Program-made: the position numbers and the translations under genes
Part shown: in pieces, positions 57,327 to 63,670 of the stretch
How positions within the stretch are numbered: the first letter of the stretch is position 1
How the letters are laid out: the number at the start of each line of letters is the position of its first letter
Notes under the pieces: generated by a model
What the model saw: only the letters and a program-made list of their open reading frames with translations
The model's database searches: none
What the model was told of the DNA's origin: nothing
Source: an uncultured Candidatus Saccharibacteria bacterium
GTDB lineage: Bacteria > Patescibacteriota > Saccharimonadia > CAILAD01 > JADZBC01
Length of the DNA: 64,000 bases
Assembly (NCBI GenBank): GCA_964496815.1
Contig: CAZCAO010000001.1
Coordinates: 83,198-147,197 of the forward strand
Reading direction: 5' to 3'

Positions 57327-58019
57327 CTATCGAGCAGGAGCAGTACGGACTAGCTCCAGAATGACTGCAGCCGAAATTGCTGGATTGAGGCGGCTGAAGT
57401 TAGCTGTAGATCCGTAGTAGGTCGTGACTGCTCGCTCGGCAGCAGCTCGCTCCTTGGGGCTCGTCGTGAGCTTTCGCAGTTCGCCGATGAACTGATCGCG
57501 GTCAAAACGGATCTTGTCCATCTGATGCAAGTGGCCAGACAGAACCGCTACGAAAGCCTTGGCCTCTATAAAGCTGAAGCGCGGGAACGACGGGCAGCGT
57601 CGGAACAACAGCGCAACAGCACTCAACGCATCTGGCTGATCTTGCCAGGCCGCTTCGAGCTCATGCTGCCCCCATCCAGAGCTAACGGGCTGAATAACTG
57701 CCACGCCAGCGAGCCGAACCGGCTTCTTCTTGGCTTCAGACAACCTCGCGGCAGACCTGGAATACTCGGCTGCCTCTGTCTTGTCTGCCTGGTAGCGGCT
57801 GACCGCTCTGGCAGCGTCTCCATAGCTGTAATAGGGCACTCCTGGCCTCGAATCACCTGGCGGGTAGACTGCATCTACGCCGTACTTCCACATGACCTTG
57901 CGAACTTGCGTGGCTTTCTTGTGACCAAGCATCTCAGCAATCTGAGTAAGTGTTGCGAGCGGAGGCTCTTGCTGTGCAGCCCACTCACGGCGGGACTGTT
58001 CTACTGCATCTGCCGTCAT
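57327..58019 (-). CDS. hypothetical protein with N-terminal HTH-like segment
   Basis: ATG 58019 follows ggag. LATLTQIAEMLGHKKATQVRKV looks like a helix-turn-helix. Moderately GC-rich. Confidence 0.55.
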   Translation of the reverse strand: MTADAVEQSRREWAAQQEPPLATLTQIAEMLGHKKATQVRKVMWKYGVDAVYPPGDSRPGVPYYSYGDAARAVSRYQADKTEAAEYSRSAARLSEAKKKPVRLAGVAVIQPVSSGWGQHELEAAWQDQPDALSAVALLFRRCPSFPRFSFIEAKAFVAVLSGHLHQMDKIRFDRDQFIGELRKLTTSPKERAAAERAVTTYYGSTANFSRLNPAISAAVILELVRTAPAR

Positions 58020-58134
58020 GACGGGCTCCAATATTGTCGGGTACAAGTAGTTTGAGTATATCGCTTCAGATATTTTACACAACCATAAGCTTTTATAATG
58101 GGTTATATTTCGCCGTGCCTGCTATACTAAGATC

Positions 58135-58440
58135 ATGAAGCGACGTGCGAATAGCGGAATCCTAGGAGGAATTATTTGGATCTTTGTAGCTAGTTCTGTA
58201 GCTACATTACTCCTGCGCTTCGCGTACGACCTCCATGGTCGCAGCCCAGAGGGCAAGCTCGCCACTATACTATATAGCTGGAGTAATGTATTACTCATAC
58301 CGGTAGGCTGGCTTGATCAGTACATTAGCTTGCCTAAGGCCCTGCCGAGCGGTTTTAATATCGTCATACCAATTGCTATTGGTCTGTACGTTCTGGTCGG
58401 CTGGGCGCTTTCTGCACTCATGCCTCATACGCACGATTAA
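58135..58440 (+). CDS. small membrane protein (101 aa)
   Basis: Three hydrophobic segments. TATACT (58123-58128) lies 6 nt before the ATG. Confidence 0.55.
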   Translation: MKRRANSGILGGIIWIFVASSVATLLLRFAYDLHGRSPEGKLATILYSWSNVLLIPVGWLDQYISLPKALPSGFNIVIPIAIGLYVLVGWALSALMPHTHD

Positions 58441-58485
58441 GCTATTATCAACAGAAGAACCCCCGACCTAAGCCGGGGGCCTCTG

Positions 58486-59058
58486 TCAGGGGTGTGGACC
58501 CTCTCTTTTAGCTGTTTGGTAGCGACTATGAGCATCTTGGATTTCGGTGGTGCACTCGGTAACCGCACGCTCACTGTTGCGCAGCATACGACGACAGATC
58601 AGCGTGTGCACCATGTCAATAACAATTACTAGCAGTGCAGCCAGGAACATACTGGCGACAACAACAGGCTTCATGCCATTGATGGCGCCGACAAAGCCGC
58701 AAAACACCACCACAAGCCAGATGGCCAAGCACATAGCACGAACCCGATAGATGCGTCTAGTGCACCGCACGTATGTGCTGAGTAGGTTACGCTGAGCCCT
58801 TTCGAGCGCTACGCAACCTGCCTGGACCTCCATTACGGCATTGCGTTGTGTTTGTGCCCACGCTACATGTTCAGCTGGCTCCGGGCTAGCTTGCCAAAGA
58901 GCCGACTTAAGCAAATAAGCGTTTAAGTCCGCAACGATATCATTCGCGATATCCAGCATATAACGGGTATTATCGAGCTGACTGGCATAGTGCAACTCAG
59001 CCTCAAGCTGGTCATCCGCTACCCAGAATCGAGGCAGCCTAGTCTTGCACTTAAGCAT
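58486..59058 (-). CDS. hypothetical membrane protein (190 aa)
   Basis: Soluble helical N-terminal half, then two TM segments (AIWLVVVFCGFVGAI and VVVASMFLAALLVIVI). Confidence 0.55.
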   Translation of the reverse strand: MLKCKTRLPRFWVADDQLEAELHYASQLDNTRYMLDIANDIVADLNAYLLKSALWQASPEPAEHVAWAQTQRNAVMEVQAGCVALERAQRNLLSTYVRCTRRIYRVRAMCLAIWLVVVFCGFVGAINGMKPVVVASMFLAALLVIVIDMVHTLICRRMLRNSERAVTECTTEIQDAHSRYQTAKREGPHP

Positions 59059-59127
59059 ACTGCCTCCTAGAGCAATAGTAGGTACGAAGTAAGCAGACTA
59101 TAAACTAAATACACGTAAATTACAAGG

Positions 59128-59619
59128 TTAAGTACATTTGCGTCGGGGGATAAAACGTGGCGTATTGAGCTTATAACGTGCGTAGCGAGATCCGAAGGCA
59201 GCCTCGAGCATCCGTTCTTCGCGGGCAGACTTAAATATAAACAGAGCGACGAGTGAGCCGTAGAGCGTTGCGCGAGCAATACTCGGGCGAATAATCAGTG
59301 TGCCGAGCCCCCAGAGCATAATGCCGCTATAAACCGGATGCCTTACGCGCTTGTAAAGCCCCCGTGTCAACAGCTTTGCGCCTTTGATCGGCTCGGGTAG
59401 GGCAGAGAGCGAATAGCTTCGGAGTTGCCAGAGTGCAAGCGACACCACGCCAACGCCGACAACCCTCATCATATTAGCTAGCAAAATCTGCGCCCCGCCA
59501 TCACGCCGGCCAGGGTAGTACAAGACCGCTACCATCAACACGATTTGCAAACCGATAAGTATGTAGCTGAATGTAGTCGGCTGGAGGCCGCGCCGCCCGC
59601 TGCTTTTATGCCGTTTCAT
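59128..59619 (-). CDS. isoprenylcysteine carboxyl / phospholipid methyltransferase-family membrane protein
   Basis: RHPVYSGIMLW motif and C-terminal EERMLEAAFGSRYARY. ATG 59619 lies 7 nt after TATACT. The longer ORF-track N-terminus runs through repeat C-1. Confidence 0.7.
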   Translation of the reverse strand: MKRHKSSGRRGLQPTTFSYILIGLQIVLMVAVLYYPGRRDGGAQILLANMMRVVGVGVVSLALWQLRSYSLSALPEPIKGAKLLTRGLYKRVRHPVYSGIMLWGLGTLIIRPSIARATLYGSLVALFIFKSAREERMLEAAFGSRYARYKLNTPRFIPRRKCT

Positions 59620-59650
59620 AGCCCTAAGTATAACGCTTGTGTTTAATAAA

Positions 59651-59711
59651 ATCGAGGGTACGAAAAGAGCCCCGAGAAGAGCGTTGGGGCTCTTTTCGGG
59701 GCTTGGTTGCC
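59651..59711 (+). repeat. hairpin repeat C-1
   Basis: gggtacgaaaagagccccgagaagagcgttggggctcttttcggggcttggttgcc. 54/56 identical to C-2. Stem cgaaaagagcccc/ggggctcttttcg. Confidence 0.92.
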
Positions 59712-59731
59712 CACTTGTGCTGCCGGGATGG

Positions 59732-60418
59732 CTAGCTGCGTGCTGTGTCGATGCGGAACTCGTCCACCACCACGCGCTTGCTGAACCCGGGGTCACCTGG
59801 GTATTGCACCATCACGTCGTAGACGAAGGTCAGCTTGTTGCCTTCCACCCCCTCCTCACGAAGAGCGTGTTCAGTCAGTCGCTTTTCCTTGATCTCCGAT
59901 TCTCCCCAGCTCTGTGTCTGGTAACCCCAACCGTCGATCAGGGTCTTGCTGAACCCCTCGATAGAGAAGACCTCGTCGTAGATCCGACCGTTGGTCGCCA
60001 GAAAGCCTGGCTGGTTGCCCGAATGCAGGCTGTCGTCCATCGAGTCCTGGAGGAGTCCATCGAGCCCCTGCTTGCTTCCCAGCAGCGAGATGTCAACATG
60101 GACATGTTCGATGTAAGCCACCAGGCCTTCGCCGCCCACGGTGGGCACCACGCGCGCCTGGAAGCGAATCGTCTTCGGCTTGGTGATCCGCCACGACTTG
60201 GTGTCGTAGTCGGTCGTGTAGGTCGTGACGAACTTGTACTTCTCACCAGGAACGACAGTCTCCCTGCGCAGTGCGCCTTCGCTGAGGTCGTTGCGCAAGC
60301 GCTCGAGCTTGGTGTCTGCCGGCGTAGTAGCCGATTGCTCCGAACCGGAACAGGCCACAAGGCCCAGCAAGAGCCCGGCCAAGATCAAGAGCCCGGCAAT
60401 GCGTCGCTTGGTAATCAA
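59732..60418 (-). CDS. GC-rich lipoprotein, function unknown
   Basis: Lipobox LVAC-SG after ITKRRIAGLLILAGLLLG. Strong GC3 bias. The start is TTG 60418 or ATG 60457; ATG 60457 lies only 3 nt from the -10 box. Confidence 0.7.
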   Translation of the reverse strand: MITKRRIAGLLILAGLLLGLVACSGSEQSATTPADTKLERLRNDLSEGALRRETVVPGEKYKFVTTYTTDYDTKSWRITKPKTIRFQARVVPTVGGEGLVAYIEHVHVDISLLGSKQGLDGLLQDSMDDSLHSGNQPGFLATNGRIYDEVFSIEGFSKTLIDGWGYQTQSWGESEIKEKRLTEHALREEGVEGNKLTFVYDVMVQYPGDPGFSKRVVVDEFRIDTARS

Positions 60419-60460
60419 ATTCCCATTCCTTCGTGTAGGTGCCAGAAACTGAACCATACT

Positions 60461-60489
60461 ACTATAATGAAAAAAGTATAATATGTCAA
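60461..60489 (-). promoter_or_regulatory. promoter TTGACA-17-TATAGT (minus strand)
   Basis: Plus-strand tgtcaa at 60484-60489 and actata at 60461-60466. Drives the GC-rich lipoprotein gene. Confidence 0.5.
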
Positions 60490-60505
60490 TACTAGTAATG
60501 AGAGT

Positions 60506-60564
60506 ATCGGGTACAAAAAGAGCCCCGAGAAGAGCGTTGGGGCTCTTTTCGGGGCTTGATTGCC
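60506..60564 (+). repeat. hairpin repeat C-2
   Basis: atcgggtacaaaaagagccccgagaagagcgttggggctcttttcggggcttgattgcc. Confidence 0.92.
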
Positions 60565-60571
60565 TCCAGCC

Positions 60572-60673
60572 CTACAGGCGTGCTCGGAGCACGCCTACGA
60601 GGACCAAGATGGTGACGACCACGAGGGCCGTCGCCAAGATGTTTAGGGTCCTCTCGGACAGCCGGATAGGCAC
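60572..60673 (-). CDS. 33-aa hydrophobic peptide (second gene of the pair)
   Basis: GTG start 6 nt after AGGAGG. Sequence (M)PIRLSERTLNILATALVVVTILVLVGVLRARL. GC3-rich. The stop is embedded in the hairpin aggcgtgct/agcacgcct. Confidence 0.5.
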   Translation of the reverse strand: MPIRLSERTLNILATALVVVTILVLVGVLRARL

Positions 60674-60687
60674 CTTTGACCTCCTGG

Positions 60688-60789
60688 TCACTTGAGCATC
60701 TTCGCGAAGAAGACGACGTTGGCGACGACGATCGCCGCATGGGCCACTCCCATCGAGTGGGAGTGGATGAACATGTTGATGCGTTGCAT
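60688..60789 (-). CDS. 33-aa hydrophobic His-containing peptide (first gene of the pair)
   Basis: ATG follows aaaaaaggggg. Sequence MQRINMFIHSHSMGVAHAAIVVANVVFFAKMLK. GC3-rich. 14-nt gap to the next start. Confidence 0.5.
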   Translation of the reverse strand: MQRINMFIHSHSMGVAHAAIVVANVVFFAKMLK

Positions 60790-60941
60790 GCGCACCCCCT
60801 TTTTTCGTATCTATGCGATCAGGTAGAGTGTCGACTGTGGTAACGAGGATGTGATCGGAATCCCGATCGTACACACTCTATACCTTAGTCATCACAAGCT
60901 GCCGTCCTGCACATGACGTACTGTCCAAAACGAACCTGAAC

Positions 60942-60970
60942 ATATTAACATAAAGCATAAGCTTTGTCAA
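60942..60970 (-). promoter_or_regulatory. promoter TTGACA-17-TAATAT (minus strand)
   Basis: Plus-strand tgtcaa at 60965-60970 and atatta at 60942-60947. Followed by a ~145-nt leader before ATG 60789. Confidence 0.5.
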
Positions 60971-60988
60971 TGCTCAGCGAACAGCGAC

Positions 60989-61375
60989 TTAAGCTTTGAT
61001 ATCAATGAGTTCAATGTCGAAAACCAGATCAGAATTTGGGGGAATGTTATGACTGGGGGAGCTAGTACCGTAGGCCTGAGCAGCAGGAATAATTAGCCGG
61101 CGAGTACCACCAATCTTCATGCCGGGTACGCCTTCGGTCCAACCGGCTATTACTTGGTGTAGGCCAAACGTGGCAGGATTACCAAAGTCATGGGAACTCT
61201 GAAAAATCGTGCCGTCTTTGGCCAATGCCCCGGTATAGTGAGCGGTTATTGTCGCACCCTTTGGCACTTCGGCGCCATTGCCAACCCGCAAGTCAATGCT
61301 TTCTAGCATGGCTACCTTAGCAACTGGAGTAAAGTCTTTTAGTTTTTTTCCTTCGAGCGGTTTTGATGTATTCAT
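60989..61375 (-). CDS. FKBP-type peptidyl-prolyl cis-trans isomerase
   Basis: ITAHYTGALAKDGTIFQSSHD and VIAGWTEGVPGMKIGGTRRLIIP motifs. TATAAT lies 6 nt upstream of the ATG. Confidence 0.88.
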   Translation of the reverse strand: MNTSKPLEGKKLKDFTPVAKVAMLESIDLRVGNGAEVPKGATITAHYTGALAKDGTIFQSSHDFGNPATFGLHQVIAGWTEGVPGMKIGGTRRLIIPAAQAYGTSSPSHNIPPNSDLVFDIELIDIKA

Positions 61376-61391
61376 AGAGTGATTATAGCAG

Positions 61392-61445
61392 AAACGAATG
61401 AGAGCCCCGAGGGGAGCAAGGGGCTCTCATTCGGGGCTCTTGGCA
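61392..61445 (+). repeat. hairpin repeat C-3 (diverged copy of C-1/C-2)
   Basis: aaacgaatgagagccccgaggggagcaaggggctctcattcggggctcttgg. 14-bp stem 61395-61408/61420-61433. Same gagccccgag..ggggctc..tcggggct skeleton. Confidence 0.8.
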
Positions 61446-61457
61446 GAACCTGCTGGA

Positions 61458-61997
61458 CTAGTCGATGACGACGAGGTCCACGTAGACGTAGCAGTTGCGG
61501 ATCTCGCCATCCGTCTTGCTGTGGACCAGACCACGCTCGCCGAGACCGGGATCGCAGTGCCGGCGGTCGAGCAGGTCGTGTGCCGTGCCGTTGCCGCGCT
61601 CCGAGAGGTGATCGTCGGGAGCGATGATGTCGAGCACTGGGTGGACCAGCTGCAGGTCCTTGTCGCCCAGGTGGTAGGTACCCCGAAAGATGACGCCGTC
61701 GAACAGGCCGAGCTCGAGGTGATCGAACGACTGGTTGCGGTTGGCGTACACGGCCGTGGCCCAGAAGTCGTCGACCAGCTCGGCGGTGGCCCGATCGCAG
61801 TTGGTCTCGCAGATGATCGCCTCGATGCACTGCTGAAGCGTCGGTGTGGGCAGGGTGCCTTCGCTGATCTCGTCGTCTTCTTCGATGGCGTCGATCTCGG
61901 CGATGATCGCAGGGTCAACGCTCGGGAAGGGTTCGGTGATGTCGGGGTACGTGTCGGTTGCCGGCGGGGTGCCGGTCCGGGACATGGTATCGGTCAT
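61458..61997 (-). CDS. GC-rich acidic hypothetical protein (179 aa)
   Basis: ATG 61997 follows ggaggtgg. Nearly all third positions are G/C in this frame. Three overlapping ORFs in other frames are Arg/Pro-rich and look spurious. Confidence 0.6.
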   Translation of the reverse strand: MTDTMSRTGTPPATDTYPDITEPFPSVDPAIIAEIDAIEEDDEISEGTLPTPTLQQCIEAIICETNCDRATAELVDDFWATAVYANRNQSFDHLELGLFDGVIFRGTYHLGDKDLQLVHPVLDIIAPDDHLSERGNGTAHDLLDRRHCDPGLGERGLVHSKTDGEIRNCYVYVDLVVID

Positions 61998-62047
61998 GGC
62001 CTCAGCCACCTCCGTGTTAGCCTGCATCGAATAGCAGGGTTGGGTTC

Positions 62048-62075
62048 AGTATACGCCCATAACCACTATGGTCAA
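62048..62075 (-). promoter_or_regulatory. promoter TTGACC-16-TATACT (minus strand)
   Basis: Plus-strand ggtcaa at 62070-62075 and agtata at 62048-62053. Drives the GC-rich acidic ORF. Confidence 0.45.
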
Positions 62076-62109
62076 GCCCTCTGATCAGCAGTAGGGTATA
62101 ATGGGTCTA

Positions 62110-63645
62110 ATGGCACAAATGATCATTTCTAAGTCCGAGTACATGATGTTTTTGAAACATCCTGCGTGGTTGTGGCTGAAAAAACACGATAAGTCCAAGC
62201 TCCCGCCGCCCGACGACAATTTACAGGCCATGTTTGATGCCGGCAATGCTTTTGAGGTGTATGCCGAACAACTGTTTTCAGATGGCGTGCGGCTTGGTTT
62301 TAATGATTATCAAGAATACCTTAGCCTGCCTGCAAGGACCGAAAAGGCCTTGGCCGACGGCGCCAAAACGATCTTCCAGGGTAGGTTTGAATACGGTCAA
62401 ATCACCTTTATATGTGATGTCTTACAAGTAGTAGGCGACAAGCTGGTTGACCTGACAGAAATTAAATCGAGTACCAAGGTAAAACCAGAACATGAATTAG
62501 ATTTGGCCTTTCAGGCCTATGTACTACAGCAATGCGGTTGGCAGGTTCGCAACGTCAGCGTAGTGCACGTTAATACCGACTATGTGCGCCAGGGCGAAAT
62601 TGACCCTGCCAAACTTACGGCAACCACCGACGTGACGCATGACGTAAAAATGCGTCTTGTGCAGACCGAGCGCGACATTAAGTCCGCCCTGCACGTTGTG
62701 GCCCAGCCTACCATGCCCGATCCGTCTCCAGCGCGCTGCCGTCTAGGTTGCCTACCCGAATGGATGGACATTTACCGTGGTCTGCGCACGGTAGAAAAGG
62801 GCAGTATCTATGAACTGACTCGGATTGACCCGAGCCTAATCGGGGTGCTCGAAGAAGAAGGTATCACGGAGCTCAAAAACATCCCACCAGATATCATCCA
62901 AAACGACAAACAAAAGATCCAGCTCGAAGTCGTGCGCAGCGGCAAGCCGATTATTCACAAAGACAAAATTCGAAACTTCCTGGATAGCCTAACCTACCCT
63001 CTATACTTTTTTGACTACGAAACACTCTCCAGCGTCGTGCCGTACTTCGATGGCATGCGGCCATACGCGCAGTATCCGTTCCAGTACTCCCTACACGTCA
63101 TTGATCAGCCAGGCGGAGAATTACGCCACAGTGGCTATTTGCACAGTGATAATTCCAATCCAGCAGAAGCTTTGAGTCGCACACTTACGTCACAAATCAG
63201 TACGACTGGGTCGGTACTAACCTGGTATATGCCGTTCGAAAAGTCCTGCAATACCACGCTCGGTGAGCTCGTGCCAGAATACGCCGAGTTCTACCAAGAG
63301 CTGAATAGTAGAATTATGGATCTTATGACGCCGTTTAGTAAAGGATGGTACGTCGATGCAGCCTTTGGCGGGAGTGCTAGCATTAAGAAGGTTATGCCCG
63401 CACTCATTCCAAGCCTTAGCTACAAGGAGCTCGACATTCAGGAGGGCGGCGCAGCCCAGCGACTGTGGATGGAATCAGTCCTAGATGGCAAGCACCAAGA
63501 GCAAAAGCAGGATATTTTGGCCAACCTCAATAAATACTGCGAGCTTGATACCCTGGCCATGGTGGAAATATACGATTTCCTGCAAAAGTTGGTGGCAGAA
63601 GACAGTATAGTTGGCAAACCCGTACAACTAGATTTGGACTGGTAA
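62110..63645 (+). CDS. DUF2779-like protein (PD-(D/E)xK nuclease-like N-terminus)
   Basis: ISKSEYMMFLKHPAWLWLKK N-terminus is typical of DUF2779 (from memory). TATAAT (62097-62102) overlaps ATG 62101, so ATG 62110 is favoured. Confidence 0.6.
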   Translation: MAQMIISKSEYMMFLKHPAWLWLKKHDKSKLPPPDDNLQAMFDAGNAFEVYAEQLFSDGVRLGFNDYQEYLSLPARTEKALADGAKTIFQGRFEYGQITFICDVLQVVGDKLVDLTEIKSSTKVKPEHELDLAFQAYVLQQCGWQVRNVSVVHVNTDYVRQGEIDPAKLTATTDVTHDVKMRLVQTERDIKSALHVVAQPTMPDPSPARCRLGCLPEWMDIYRGLRTVEKGSIYELTRIDPSLIGVLEEEGITELKNIPPDIIQNDKQKIQLEVVRSGKPIIHKDKIRNFLDSLTYPLYFFDYETLSSVVPYFDGMRPYAQYPFQYSLHVIDQPGGELRHSGYLHSDNSNPAEALSRTLTSQISTTGSVLTWYMPFEKSCNTTLGELVPEYAEFYQELNSRIMDLMTPFSKGWYVDAAFGGSASIKKVMPALIPSLSYKELDIQEGGAAQRLWMESVLDGKHQEQKQDILANLNKYCELDTLAMVEIYDFLQKLVAEDSIVGKPVQLDLDW

Positions 63646-63670
63646 AAGCAACCTCTGCTAGACTAGTGAT

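Noticed and set aside
59128-59796. Full 222-aa version of the ICMT-like ORF
   Set aside because: The N-terminal 59 aa are translated through hairpin repeat C-1 and GC-rich spacer. ATG 59619 sits 7 nt after a TATACT box and starts the conserved membrane domain.
59639-60481. 280-aa + strand ORF antisense to the lipoprotein gene, and the 140-aa minus-strand ORF 59938..60360
   Set aside because: Both have Arg/Leu/Val-rich implausible sequence and run through repeat C-1. The lipoprotein frame has a signal peptide with lipobox and GC3 bias.
60572-60874. 100-aa ORF from the ORF track spanning the small-peptide region
   Set aside because: Its middle (GGAHATHQHVHPLPLDGSGPCGDRRRQRRLL) reads like out-of-frame translation of the first 33-aa gene. 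Two RBS-preceded 102-nt ORFs explain the region better. This is not fully excluded.
61372-62084. Three alternative ORFs (61372..61830-, 61398..62084+, 61427..61918-) in the last GC-rich block
   Set aside because: They are Arg/Pro/Ser-rich with no RBS. The 61458..61997 frame has near-uniform G/C third positions and an SD sequence.
52518-62100. Classical integron cassette array
   Set aside because: The ORF-plus-3'-hairpin layout is reminiscent of cassettes. However, the repeats lack RYYYAAC/GTTRRRY-type core sites, no intI or attI is visible, units have their own promoters, and orientations are mixed.
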